From a virus, in IMG/VR virus record IMGVR_UViG_3300010149_000002, positions 14,842-78,841 of that record: a DNA stretch of 64,000 nucleotides; one strand, 5' to 3'. Each line of letters opens with the position of its first letter. Position 1 is the first letter of the stretch. Below, piece after piece: positions 34,295-45,900 of this stretch. A model generated the notes under the pieces. It was not told where the DNA came from. It ran no database searches and saw only the letters and a list, made by a program, of their open reading frames with translations. A program made the position numbers and the translations under genes.

Positions 34295-37129
34295 CTACTT
34301 TTTTCTTAAAAAATATTCTAATTCTTTTGGGTTTACATATAGTTTTTTACGATTATTTAGTATTTGCTTTTCAGTATCTATATTTTTATCTAAGATATCG
34401 TCTTTTTTTTCTTTTTCTATTAAAAAAGTCCTAATGTCTACATGATCAGGGTATTTATTTTGTTCTATTTTACCATCTTTAAAAGTTGTACCTCCCATAG
34501 TGGCTATTGTATCACTACCGTCAACAGGTTCCCCTTCTTTTATTATATTATTAGAATTGTGACCGTATGCAGCATATGTATAATATTCTTTGTCTCCTAT
34601 CTTTATAGTATCTGGATTTTTTATTACAATAGAGTTACCATGTCCTTTAGAGTTTTGATCTACGCCAGATAATACCACATTACCTCCAAACATTGGGTTG
34701 TATTGTATACCTTCTTTATCAGAGTCTAAATCTTTACTAGGAACATAATCATACCCTAGATTAAATTTACCCTTATGGTTTGTGATTTCTCCAGTTTGAG
34801 TATCTATGTAATCTATATCTTTTGATCCATGTCCTAATCCTTTTTCTTTGTCTGCAGCAGTTAACCTTGCGTCTATATTTCCTAATCTAAAAGTCGGAGA
34901 ATAATTTGCAGACTTAACCGTTCCTTCTAGATTTTTATTAATTTTTGTTCCTTTTCTATTTATATCAAAGTTTACATCTTTGTTTAATATATCATCTACA
35001 CTTTCATTATTAGTCTGGGTATATTCATTTAATTTCTTTTCCGTTTCATCCCCATATATACCGTCAACATTAGCACCTATTATATTTTGTATTTTGGCTA
35101 TTTGCTCATTGTTTAGAGATTTTATTTTTAAAGAAGATTGTTCTGTTATTCCTTGAGGACTTCTCTCTATGTCGTTTTGTTCTTTTTTTAAATCTATTCC
35201 ATCTTCTTGTTGTAACATAGGGTCTACAGACATAAATTCACTTGATACGTTTTTTAGTTTTTTTTCTAAAAATTTTTCTAACTCCTTATACCCTTGGCTA
35301 TTTTGTAGTATATGGGAATTTGCTTTAAGTAACCTTTTATCTTTTTTATTATCTAAAGATCTTACCTGATTTGCAACTGGCTTAAACCTACCATTATCTA
35401 ATTTTTCTATTTCATCTGCTGCTTTATTAAAGTTGGTATTAGGATCTTCCATCATTTTTTTATTTTGTTTTAATGCTCTATCCCTAAGTATTTTGTACTC
35501 TTCTTCAGTTAAAGGATCTCCTGATTCTTGTTTTTTTGCTATAGTCTCCATTGGTCCTGTTCTCTCTGCTGATAGAAATCCTAAAACCTCATCAGAGGCT
35601 GTTTGGTCTACTGCAATTTCCATTGCTTCTTCTTCAGTAGCACCTGCAGCAATGGCTTGATCGTATGTTATCATAATACCAGCTCCTGCACCAATAAGAG
35701 GTAAAGCTTTTACAAAACCTTTTGCTAAGGTTCTAGCTGCATTGTAGCTTTTTCCAAGTACGTCACCTGCTCTTACTCCTAAGTTTCTTAGAGAAGTAGA
35801 GTCTATTCCTATTTTCCTAGTAAGGTCAGACAAGTTATACCTATCAGCTAACTCTCTTGTCTTTTTTTCTAATATTTTTAATTTTTCAGGATCTTGGGTT
35901 GATTCTTCAATAAAAGCTTTAAATTTTTGATTTTTTACATCAGAAGATTTACTATCGTCTTCTAAAGATCTTAAAAAATTAGAAACGTCTATTTCTTTAG
36001 ATTTAGAGTCTTTTGTTATGTTTGGGATAAGATCTTCCATGTCTATCGTACTTCTATATGATTTATTGGCATTGTCGTACATTTCCGATTTTGCTTCACC
36101 TAATCCTTGTTTTATTCTATCAGAAATTATACTTTTTATATCTTGTTCTGCTTGTATAATTTTATTATAAATTGGAGTTCTCTGTACCGCTATTGGCGAT
36201 TGGTCTTTTACAGCCCTAATATTTTTTTGAAGGTTCTTTAATCCTTGTGTATCTAAATTGTCAAAATATTTTTTATCCAATTTCTCTATATCTATGGGTG
36301 TAAATTCTCCAGTTTTTATAGGAGTGCTTATTACTTTTCCAGAATCTATATCCAAAGAAGAGACTCTATTTGCTGCCTTTTTTTCTTTTATAGGACCAAA
36401 TGATTTTATTTGACCTAACTCTTCGGCTTCCATTTTTATTTTATTTTGGATGGTTTTTAACCTTTCCTTTGCTTCTTCTAACCCTGATTTTACTTGTTTT
36501 TTACTAACGATGTTATAATCACTTTCTGTTATCTTTTTGCTTTCTAGTAAATTTTGTAACTCTGTTACAGATTTTTTAGACTCTTCAGTTGGTGCTTCTA
36601 TTTCTAAAAGACCTTTTTGGATTTTGTTTAGAGTTTCATTGTAATTCTTTGGTCCAATTTTTTTATCCGTTAAGTTTATCAAAGATCCTATTTTTTTTGA
36701 AGACTCTTTCTTTTGTTTGTCTACTACATTTTTCCAATCTTTTGCGACATCTAATGATTCATCTAATATAGTTTCTCTAGTTTTTGAGGCATCTCCAAAT
36801 AAACCTTTTCCTACTACGCTTTTTCCTTCTGCAGCGTATTTTGCTGATCCTGTTACATCTCCTACAAATGGTACTTGTCTACTGCCTTCCACAATAGTCG
36901 ATCCTGTGTCTTCTAATCCTGCTCCTAATAGTTCTAGTATTTTTTGGCTTCCTTTACCTGCAGCATATCCTGTTGTACCTCCGAAAATAGGTCTTACTTC
37001 TGTAGGTAGCTGTTCTAATAAATTATCACTATTTCCATCTAATGGTAAATCTTCCCAATCATCCTCTTGAGATTGGCTTTCAGATAATAGCGGAATATCT
37101 TCCCAATCATCTTTTTTATTGTCTTCCAT
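34295..37129 (-). CDS. Large internal virion/ejection protein with peptidoglycan-binding and M23-like peptidase domains
   Basis: VDGIYGDETE PG-binding motif; GHGNSIVIK..YGH..IATMGGT..DHVD M23-like motifs; DDWED repeats. Confidence 0.7.
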   Translation of the reverse strand: MEDNKKDDWEDIPLLSESQSQEDDWEDLPLDGNSDNLLEQLPTEVRPIFGGTTGYAAGKGSQKILELLGAGLEDTGSTIVEGSRQVPFVGDVTGSAKYAAEGKSVVGKGLFGDASKTRETILDESLDVAKDWKNVVDKQKKESSKKIGSLINLTDKKIGPKNYNETLNKIQKGLLEIEAPTEESKKSVTELQNLLESKKITESDYNIVSKKQVKSGLEEAKERLKTIQNKIKMEAEELGQIKSFGPIKEKKAANRVSSLDIDSGKVISTPIKTGEFTPIDIEKLDKKYFDNLDTQGLKNLQKNIRAVKDQSPIAVQRTPIYNKIIQAEQDIKSIISDRIKQGLGEAKSEMYDNANKSYRSTIDMEDLIPNITKDSKSKEIDVSNFLRSLEDDSKSSDVKNQKFKAFIEESTQDPEKLKILEKKTRELADRYNLSDLTRKIGIDSTSLRNLGVRAGDVLGKSYNAARTLAKGFVKALPLIGAGAGIMITYDQAIAAGATEEEAMEIAVDQTASDEVLGFLSAERTGPMETIAKKQESGDPLTEEEYKILRDRALKQNKKMMEDPNTNFNKAADEIEKLDNGRFKPVANQVRSLDNKKDKRLLKANSHILQNSQGYKELEKFLEKKLKNVSSEFMSVDPMLQQEDGIDLKKEQNDIERSPQGITEQSSLKIKSLNNEQIAKIQNIIGANVDGIYGDETEKKLNEYTQTNNESVDDILNKDVNFDINRKGTKINKNLEGTVKSANYSPTFRLGNIDARLTAADKEKGLGHGSKDIDYIDTQTGEITNHKGKFNLGYDYVPSKDLDSDKEGIQYNPMFGGNVVLSGVDQNSKGHGNSIVIKNPDTIKIGDKEYYTYAAYGHNSNNIIKEGEPVDGSDTIATMGGTTFKDGKIEQNKYPDHVDIRTFLIEKEKKDDILDKNIDTEKQILNNRKKLYVNPKELEYFLRKK

Positions 37130-38465
37130 CTACTACTTCCTCTGTACCGTCACTATATGTTATTTTAGTTTTATCTCTTGAAGGCGAGTATTGTTTTTTA
37201 ATAATACTATTTTTTTGTTTATCTTGGTACTCTTTTAGAGTAGGCTCTAATATAAAATCTTCAAGACCTTCTCCTCTTTTTAATTTTGTTTTCATTTGAT
37301 TGTATTCGTTTAAAGATGCTTCTTGTTTTCTTATAAAATCTTTTAATTTATCTACATTAGTCTCTTCTGTGTTACCTAGATTAAACAAAGCTTTTTTCAT
37401 ACCCTCAACATCAGCATCAGTAGGCCTAACCTCTCCCATAGCTTTTAGCTCTGCTCTTGCTGCTCTTGTTGATAATGAGTCTAGTTTTTGTTTTAAAGAG
37501 CTTTCATCGGTATCAAAGAAAGATCCTATATCTCCCATTGTTTCTTCAAATGGTCCTGTTGACAGTTGTTTATTTTCGATTTCTCTTACTAAATCTCTTG
37601 CTATTTTTACGTTAGCTTCAATTTCAGGTTTTTGCACTTCAAGTTTACTATACCTATCTGCTATATTCTTTTCCATTTCCTCTTGTAGTTTTGTTTTTGT
37701 TTTATTAGAATTAATATTTGGTTTATTTTTTAACTGCTTTAGCTTTTCTTGTTTTATTTGTAGATCTAATTTATCACTATCGCTTGTTTTTTCTTTTTTC
37801 ATACTAGAGTACATATTTTGCAATTTGGTTAATTGTTTTATTTTATTAGCTTTTTGTTCTTCAAATTGTTTTTTTCTTTGGCTTCCCCAATAATTAACTT
37901 TACCAGTTGATGGTAGAGTCGGTCTTTTAAGTGGAGTAGCAGCAGCTCCTATTGCAGTTAACCAGTTTAGTGCAGTGTCTGAGCCAGTATCTTCATACTC
38001 TTTATCTATCTCATCTTCCAATTGTCTAATTGCTTTTTTTCTTCTATCCTCGTATGATCCTCTTTTTTTTTCTTCTAAATTGTCCTCATACTGACCTTGT
38101 GCCAATCTTAGATCATCTAAAGACTCTTCTTTGCCCTGTACCATACCTCCATCTTGTAATTGTTGAGGTTGTTGTTTTAACTTTACATACTCTCTTACCA
38201 TATCTTCTATATTACTTTCTTTTGGTGCGTTTTCTGCTTCTACAATATCATTAACTTCTCTTTGTACCATTTGATTTTCCATTTGAGGATCTAATGGTAT
38301 TTGTGGGGAATCCGGCATCATACCTTGCATCTCTCCTGCAAGTGCAGTATACATAGCAGACTGTCTATCATCAGGACTAGCAAAATCTGTACCAAATTCA
38401 TTGGTTTCATTCTCTGCTAAAATCTTTTCAAAATAACTTTTCATTTTATCGTCCATATTATTCAC
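37116..38465 (-). CDS. Internal virion (DNA ejection) protein
   Basis: Helical composition; position in the ejection cluster. Confidence 0.6.
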   Translation of the reverse strand: MNNMDDKMKSYFEKILAENETNEFGTDFASPDDRQSAMYTALAGEMQGMMPDSPQIPLDPQMENQMVQREVNDIVEAENAPKESNIEDMVREYVKLKQQPQQLQDGGMVQGKEESLDDLRLAQGQYEDNLEEKKRGSYEDRRKKAIRQLEDEIDKEYEDTGSDTALNWLTAIGAAATPLKRPTLPSTGKVNYWGSQRKKQFEEQKANKIKQLTKLQNMYSSMKKEKTSDSDKLDLQIKQEKLKQLKNKPNINSNKTKTKLQEEMEKNIADRYSKLEVQKPEIEANVKIARDLVREIENKQLSTGPFEETMGDIGSFFDTDESSLKQKLDSLSTRAARAELKAMGEVRPTDADVEGMKKALFNLGNTEETNVDKLKDFIRKQEASLNEYNQMKTKLKRGEGLEDFILEPTLKEYQDKQKNSIIKKQYSPSRDKTKITYSDGTEEVVDGRQ

Positions 38466-40089
38466 CTAAAGCTTCTATTAATCTTTTTAAACCCTTTGAC
38501 ATTTTATCAGTATTATCTACCTTATCTTTTAAATCTTCTTGGTAATCACTAGGAACACCTTCTACAATGTCTTCATTTCCAAGTGCATCGGTATCTTCTT
38601 TACCTCTTAGAATGTCCATAAGTCTTTGTTGTTGTGCTACATTTAAAACGGCTTCACCAGAATTTAATCTAGCATCTACTCTATCTCTTTCAAAAGAATC
38701 CCCACCTACTACAGCACCATCTCCTGTAGAATTAAACATAATGCTTCCATCTTTTGCAAATTGAGTACCTTCATAGATGCCGCCATCTTCTGCCATAAAT
38801 GCATTACCAAACTCTACACCACCCATTGGTTGCATTATGTTCTGTGCATTCATTTGAGGTGCGTCTTGTAACTCTAAAGGAGATCTTTCTTGTTCTTGTG
38901 GTCCTAACATTTTTGCTAGTTCCCCTGCTGCTTGTATATCCTTAACTTGTTCATCTTTTTTTTCTTGCTCTTTTTCTTGTCTATTTTTCATAAACTCTTT
39001 TTCTGTCATCTTTCCAGAAGAAACTTGACCTGCTCCATATTTAGCATCCATTTCAGCTTCTGTCATTTTCTTTGGTGCCGCCTCATTTGCATAGTTTGTA
39101 TTGTAACTATTTCCTTGCCAATCGAATTGTCCACCTGCACCTTGTTCTTTTCTTGCTTGTGCAAAAGCATCATTAAGTGCTAGTCCTCCATCTTCAAACC
39201 CAAGTGCACCACCTATAGCACCACCTGCTGAAGCACCTGCCATTGCACCTGCAGGACCTGCTGAAGCACCTAAAATACCACCTGCTACTGTACCAAGCAT
39301 TTGTCCTGTACTTGGACCTTGTGGAGTATTAGCAGCAATTTGACTCATATTATTAGCAATGCCACCTTGACCAGTAGCTTTAGACAATTCATTTTGAAAA
39401 TTTTGTTGAGCAATTTGATTACCAACTTGTGACTGTTGGTTTGCAATAGCTGCTCTTTGGTTTTCTATATTTTGCTGTGCTCCTAAATTCATTCTAGCTG
39501 TTCCTGCTCTTTGTGCAGCATTAAACTGAGATATCCTATCTCTAGCACTTGCTAAATTAGTTTGTCTTGCCATATCCTGTTGACTCATCTGTCCTGCCAT
39601 CCCAGAAGCTCTATTAATAGCATCTCTTCTTCTTGAGGATACATCTGCTGCCATTTGTTCTGACTGTCTTCTAGCGTCTGAGCTTTGTTGTGCATTTGCT
39701 TGTAACTGAGCAAGCAAAGATGATCCAGAGTCTAGATTACCACGTTGAGCCATAGATTGCAATATTTGTTTTTGAGCAGCTTGACCTTGTGCCGCACTTT
39801 CTCTAAGCATTTCAGCTCTCTGTGCTCTTTCTTCAGGAGTAAGTCCTACTTCTCCAGTTTCCTGCATCTGTCTTAGTGCATCCATTTGAGCTTGTTTTAG
39901 AGATTGGTCCTCTTGTATTTCATCAAATGATGTCCCTTCCATTTCTTCAGCATCAAGTAAACCAACAAGTTCAGGAGATTGTAGTAAATACTCCTCTAAC
40001 TCAGGCAAGTCAATGGCATCTAATCTTGCCATTTGTCTTTTTTGTTGTTTCATTGCCGCTTTATTAGGGTCTTTTGATTTACCGCCCAT
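38458..40089 (-). CDS. Internal virion (pilot/ejection) protein
   Basis: Q/A-rich coiled coil, Gly-rich hydrophobic segment, DRVDARLNSGEAVLN motif. Confidence 0.65.
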   Translation of the reverse strand: MGGKSKDPNKAAMKQQKRQMARLDAIDLPELEEYLLQSPELVGLLDAEEMEGTSFDEIQEDQSLKQAQMDALRQMQETGEVGLTPEERAQRAEMLRESAAQGQAAQKQILQSMAQRGNLDSGSSLLAQLQANAQQSSDARRQSEQMAADVSSRRRDAINRASGMAGQMSQQDMARQTNLASARDRISQFNAAQRAGTARMNLGAQQNIENQRAAIANQQSQVGNQIAQQNFQNELSKATGQGGIANNMSQIAANTPQGPSTGQMLGTVAGGILGASAGPAGAMAGASAGGAIGGALGFEDGGLALNDAFAQARKEQGAGGQFDWQGNSYNTNYANEAAPKKMTEAEMDAKYGAGQVSSGKMTEKEFMKNRQEKEQEKKDEQVKDIQAAGELAKMLGPQEQERSPLELQDAPQMNAQNIMQPMGGVEFGNAFMAEDGGIYEGTQFAKDGSIMFNSTGDGAVVGGDSFERDRVDARLNSGEAVLNVAQQQRLMDILRGKEDTDALGNEDIVEGVPSDYQEDLKDKVDNTDKMSKGLKRLIEALGE

Positions 40090-40427
40090 TATAAAATCTC
40101 CTCAATATTAAGTACATAATTATTATAATTTTCATTCTTTCCTATTTTTTTAAATCCAAATTTTAACATAAGTCTTTCGCTGTTTTCCCATCCATTAGTA
40201 TCTTCATCAGTATATCCATATGCCGTTTTAATACCTCTTTCATACATGTTAGTATAAAAATCTTTAACAAATTCTAACATTTCACCTGTACCTCTTGCTT
40301 CTGAACTTGAGTATATGTCTAATACAGATACTTCATTTCCGTATATTTTGTATGTTATAAAGCAATTATCATTCCAGATACACTCTTTATCTTCTCTTTC
40401 TTTTATGTAATCAGCATATAATTTCAT
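40089..40427 (-). CDS. GNAT-family acetyltransferase
   Basis: DIY....RGTG and LKFGFK motifs; typical position in podoviruses. Confidence 0.65.
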   Translation of the reverse strand: MKLYADYIKEREDKECIWNDNCFITYKIYGNEVSVLDIYSSSEARGTGEMLEFVKDFYTNMYERGIKTAYGYTDEDTNGWENSERLMLKFGFKKIGKNENYNNYVLNIEEIL

Positions 40428-40428
40428 A

Positions 40429-42441
40429 TTATTTCTTATATCTATTTATAATTCTATCAAATGCATCAAAACCTGATACTTCGTCTTTGTCTAAATAGTC
40501 TCTTGTTTGTATAAGATCTTGTTCATTTTGTAGTTCTTTTAATTTATTGATTCTATCAATTTGACTTTGTTCAAATCCATAACTTTGATCTTCTTGTAAA
40601 TCTTTACCTGCTAAAATATCATCTATATTTCCGCCATATTTCTTTTCCATTTTAGATCTTATCATATCTTCGGAGTTTATACCAGATAATCTTTCATTTA
40701 TCATATCTAAAGCGGCTTGTGCTGAACTTTGTCTAATTCTTCTTGAGTTCCTATTAGTACCTGCTCTTCTTGCACCTTCCCAAAATTTATTTCTAATGTC
40801 ATCAGTATTAATTCCAAGATCGCTTAACTTATATTGATTAGCTAATTGATCAAAAGCATCTGCATCTAGTTTTACCCTAGCACTTAGGTGATCGGTAGGT
40901 TTACCATATATTTTTTTTCTCCTAGATCCCCCTGCTCCTTGAGAAACCCATTTAGTTCCAGTAACAGGTCTAATATCAGTTTGATCAAATGCTCCTCTAA
41001 ATACATATCCTCTATTCGTATATTGATTTAAGGCATTTGCAAATGAGTTTAAATCTTTAAATGCTCCACCTGCCTGAGAACCTTGCATTGCCTCTATTGC
41101 TGCCCTAGCTTCATCTTGCTCTCTTTGTATTTCAGCAGCTCTATCAGCGATAAACTGTTCTCTTTGACTAGCAGCATCAGCCTGTAGTCCTTCTATTGCT
41201 GATTGTCTATAGTTTTCTAAGTTAGACCCTAGATTAGAAGCACCATATTGTAATTTTCTAAAAGCATCTTGTGCTTGGCGTTTACCTTGGTCTACCTCAT
41301 TAAATGCAGACATACCTGCTTGTCTTACATCTTGTGACAATCTTTCCGATGCTTCAGGACTACCTGATATAAGTAAGTTATCTAATGATTGAGCACCTTG
41401 TGTATATTGTTTATTTGCACCAAATACATCCCTTAGTATTTGTCTCCTTCCTTGCTCTGTGTCAACAGCTTGTGCTTGGTTTCTAAGTCTTTCTGCTGCA
41501 GTTAATTGAGGGTTCACGTTTATAAGTTGTGTTCCCTCTCCAATTTCTTTAGCCATAGATCCTAATTGATCAAATGAAGGTTGTGTATTTTGTTCTTCTG
41601 GTACAGGACTTGGTCTAGGAGCAGTCTTATCAGCATCTCCTATACGATATTGTCTATATGTACTTGGATCAATGTCCTTGTATTGGTCAAACCAATTTCC
41701 TGTTAACCCATATGATTCCTCTATTTTTGATAAATTTTCTAGTGATTTATCATCTCCGGCTGTAAAATTAGATAAAGCATTATCCATATCTGCTCTATAC
41801 TGATCATACTTATCTCCTAAAAAATCTTTTTGTGCATAATCTCTATGTTCACTTGAAAATAAAGTAGGTCGATATGGTGCATGAAATACAAAATTACCAT
41901 TTTTATCTTGAACTTGTCCTGATTTTGCAGTTTGACCGTATGTACTGGCTGTCCTTATTCCACGTCCAACTTGATCTTGAGTTGGAGCAATTAGTTGCTG
42001 TGGTTCACCAGTAGGTGGTGGTGTAGTGGGATTGACTATTTGGTCTACCTGAGTTTGTCCAATACCTCTTAATTTTTCTATTTCTTTTTGTTTATTTTGT
42101 ATATTACCACTATATCTTTGTAAGGCACTTCCCATTTGTTTTTTGATAATGTCTGAAGTGTTGGTAAATTTCTTGGAAGCTGCACCTGCCATTTGTTGGG
42201 TAGCAGGTTTATTTTTTTCAATGTAATTTTGCACGTTAGTGAACATGCCTGAACTTGCTTTAGGCTTCTTTGTCGCTAGATTGGATTGTGAAGCCTCTTG
42301 TGGTGCAGGAGCACCTTGGTTATTGGCGACAGGTTGCGGTTGCTCAGATGGAGCCTGAGCGTCTTGTGAGCCTTCTTGCCCTGATAGAATGTCAGTCTTA
42401 TTCTGCTTACCTTGCAGTCTCGGATCGTATTGAATCGACAT
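40429..42441 (-). CDS. Putative internal virion protein
   Basis: 670-aa Q-rich protein downstream of a late motif. Confidence 0.6.
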   Translation of the reverse strand: MSIQYDPRLQGKQNKTDILSGQEGSQDAQAPSEQPQPVANNQGAPAPQEASQSNLATKKPKASSGMFTNVQNYIEKNKPATQQMAGAASKKFTNTSDIIKKQMGSALQRYSGNIQNKQKEIEKLRGIGQTQVDQIVNPTTPPPTGEPQQLIAPTQDQVGRGIRTASTYGQTAKSGQVQDKNGNFVFHAPYRPTLFSSEHRDYAQKDFLGDKYDQYRADMDNALSNFTAGDDKSLENLSKIEESYGLTGNWFDQYKDIDPSTYRQYRIGDADKTAPRPSPVPEEQNTQPSFDQLGSMAKEIGEGTQLINVNPQLTAAERLRNQAQAVDTEQGRRQILRDVFGANKQYTQGAQSLDNLLISGSPEASERLSQDVRQAGMSAFNEVDQGKRQAQDAFRKLQYGASNLGSNLENYRQSAIEGLQADAASQREQFIADRAAEIQREQDEARAAIEAMQGSQAGGAFKDLNSFANALNQYTNRGYVFRGAFDQTDIRPVTGTKWVSQGAGGSRRKKIYGKPTDHLSARVKLDADAFDQLANQYKLSDLGINTDDIRNKFWEGARRAGTNRNSRRIRQSSAQAALDMINERLSGINSEDMIRSKMEKKYGGNIDDILAGKDLQEDQSYGFEQSQIDRINKLKELQNEQDLIQTRDYLDKDEVSGFDAFDRIINRYKK

Positions 42442-42470
42442 TAATTTATTCCCATTAGCTAATTGGTTAT

Positions 42471-42488
42471 ATTACTATAGTTGTTAAA
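42471..42488 (-). promoter_or_regulatory. Putative late promoter
   Basis: TTTAACAACTATAGTAAT about 30 nt upstream of the ATG at 42441. Confidence 0.65.
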
Positions 42489-42497
42489 ATAGTACGA

Positions 42498-42902
42498 TTA
42501 GTATACTATTGCTTTTATTAGAAACTTCTCATTTGCAGGTAAGTTACTGATATTATTAACATTTATAACAGTACTACCTGTTGGTGTAAACGATATAAAG
42601 GGTTGTCCAGTAGGAAAACTACTTGGATTTGTTGTACTTCTTGCAGATATTACGCTAAACCCTTGAATATTGGCTTTACCTACATTGATTTGTTTAGTTT
42701 GTGGAACTCCACTTGCATCAACTGATATCTCAAATTCTATAATAGATTGTTCAAGATTTTCAAAATCAAGTCCACCATTTAGTGCATCTGTAACTTCCCT
42801 CATAAAAGGATTTATACTAGAGGCTAATGTCTCAATCATTTGAGCATTTTCTCCTGCATATTCAGATGTTGAAATTCTTCTAAAACTATTTATCTTTGCC
42901 AT
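42498..42902 (-). CDS. Virion structural protein
   Basis: Follows tail tubular B; LNGGLDFEN motif. Confidence 0.6.
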   Translation of the reverse strand: MAKINSFRRISTSEYAGENAQMIETLASSINPFMREVTDALNGGLDFENLEQSIIEFEISVDASGVPQTKQINVGKANIQGFSVISARSTTNPSSFPTGQPFISFTPTGSTVINVNNISNLPANEKFLIKAIVY

Positions 42903-45900
42903 TATCTATATGCCCTATCTGATACTGCTCTAATGACTGTAGTTACACCAAGTATTCTAAATCCCTCTCTGGCTACTCCATGTTGGAACTTAACATTTAG
43001 ATATCTTCCACGTTGCTTTTCTCTTGGTATAATATTCATTAGAGGTACATCGTTTCCATTTCCACCCCAATATAAATCAGGATCACCGTAGAAGCCGGAA
43101 GAGTAATATCCGACTCCCTTCCCATTTTTCTCTATATCCACAAATCCTTGCGAGACATCAGAAGAGTATGATACGGTGGCTTTTGTAAAGTTATTTTGAT
43201 CTAGAATTATAGTTCCCTTGCTAAATTGCTTTTGAGCAGATGGATCTCCAAAATGTAATGGATTCCATTGAATTACTTTTTTAATTGCCTTATATACTTC
43301 GATATCCCCTTCAAAGAATCTAGGATCTACTAATACAAATATCTCATTAAGATCAGGTCTTATTTCGTTTTTACCATCTACAATAGATTCGTATTTTGTA
43401 AGTTGGTTTGTTTCTGTGTATGTTTTAAAGTCAGTACCACTTGATGCTCCGTTTAGTTCACCAACTAATGCATTGTAGTTTGTTTGAATTGATTCTAAAT
43501 TACTTAACCATGTATATGATGTTACTGAAATAGAATCTGCAATAAGTTTTAGATTTAACTCTTCTAGCTTATCTGCAATGCTATCTCCGGCTTTAGTTTT
43601 TAGTGTATCTTCATAGTCGATGCTACTAACTCCACCATCTAAATCAAGCTTTGCTAATAAATTATTAAATATATCTATTGTTACATATTGACTTTGTACT
43701 AAAACATCTCCAATTTCAACATCAATAAAACTAGTCAGTCTTATTCTTTTATCTAATATAGAATTATCTGGTATTTGTTTTGTAAAGTTTCTATCGGCAT
43801 AGTCAGTTCTTGATCTATCTTTTCTTTCTTTTAAAAGATTAGGTCTAGTACCATCTCCTATATATAAAACATTTTGTTTTCTAGAAACTCTTGCACTTGT
43901 TGCAGGTACAGTCCATCTAGTCCATGTTCTTTCATAGTAATTGTATCTATAACATTGTGTTGCATTATCATCTTCAGAAGTAGTAGGAAGCCATAGTATA
44001 TATGCCTTATCGTTTTCATAAGCTAAACCAAATGTCTTTAATCTAAAGTCAACATCCGTTCCGGTTACTTCTAGTATTTTATTTTCTAGCGATCTTGATA
44101 TAACACTAGATCCGCTTTCAGTAATAACAGATACGCCATCGTCCATTAGTGCGAATATTTGGTTATTTAAAACTACGGCACTATCTGGTGCTAATATATT
44201 GTTTGTGTTGTCTAATAACCTTACATTGAATGGTGCATTAAAACCAGTTAAAGTGTAAACACCATCTGTTTTTAGAATGAATAAAGTATCTCTAAGAGCT
44301 AGGATTCTTTCTATTGGTTCATCTTTTCCACCAACATCTATAAAGTTTACAATAGGTACTGCTTCAGGTTGTTGTAATTTAGAGTAATATATTCTATTAG
44401 GTCTTTCTTCGTTGTCTGAGTTTTGAGTTGCAGCAAAAAAGAAAGCGTCTAAAAAGTCTATTGAACTACTATTGGTTATTGTAAAAGGGATATCAAAATA
44501 AAACGTACCAGATCCAACATCTTCTACCTTATTTACTACTTGAAATTTATTGTTTATAATAGGATCGTTACTAGGATTGTTATCAGGAGCGTATATAAAT
44601 ATTTCATCTCCTATACTTAAACCATGTTCCGTACCTGTACTAATCCTAGTTACAGATGAATCTAGAGGAGCCGAGGCAATGCCAGTTACGTCCTCGTTAA
44701 TTACAGGAAGCTCAGGATTGAACTCAGCCCCTATGTCAGAACCAATTGATCCAACATTCTTAATGCCTATATAAAACGGTTTATCTTCTAAATCTTTATT
44801 TTCTAATAATACCAATCCCGGTAGATCATTTTCACCTGATAAGTAAGTTGCTCTCACTGGACTAGATACGTCCTTATTTATAATCCTTACAAATGATCTT
44901 GCTGTTTCTTCAATAGCTTGTCCTACTGATGGTAGAATTGACCATAGTACTCTATTTGTTGATGAATCTTCTCCTCTACCTTGTTGATTTACAGTTATTG
45001 TCCAAGTTGATCCTCCTCCTCCTGTTCCAGATGTGTCTTCTAAATCAGTTGAAGAGTTATCAGTTTGTAAAACTCCGTTAGAATCAAGAACTGAATTAGG
45101 CGTACTTGTGTCAATTGTGTCTCCATTATTTACGTTTGTTATTGTTACTGTGTCTACGTTATCATATGTTATGTTAAAGTCGCCAAACTCTAATAGTGCT
45201 AGTTCTAGATACTGACCTACATTGTCTCCTGCAACAATACCATCCGCACTAAGATCTACTCTGATAGAAGTAGCAGCATCGATAAAAGGGTTAACACCTG
45301 TTCCCTTATCAAACCAAATATAATACTTTCTTTCGTTGTTTGCAGAGTTAATTATAATATATGAATCGTTTGCATTTGTTTCAAGAGTATTTGCAACAGT
45401 GTCACAGACTATTTCAGTTACTTCTTGTTCACCTTGGAACACATATTCTCTAGCAACATCCTCATTACCGACAACAATACTTGTTTCTTCATCCCCAAAG
45501 TCATCTACAGATACAAATGTAAATTGGTTTCTGTGAAATGTTTTTGTGTTAGAATAGAATGTATAGTTATTAAATGTTTCAATGTCTTTTGCAATAGGCG
45601 GCACATTATTTGCTTGTAAAATACCTTGTCCTGATATTGGATTATTGTATAGTGGAGTACCTGTGTCTCTAAAAGAATTAGGAGTTTGGTCTGTTATTGT
45701 AATTGTTGATCGTGCTGATTGCGTAACAGGTTGTTCAAATACTAAGTTACAATCTTCACCCGGATCAATATCGTTTATGTCAAGTCCTTGTGATACTGTA
45801 ATGACACTTGTTCTATATACTTGTACAAAATAATCTGTTGTTACTCCATCTGGTATAATAGTAGATATTTCACAATTAGCACTAGTACCTTCTGATACAT

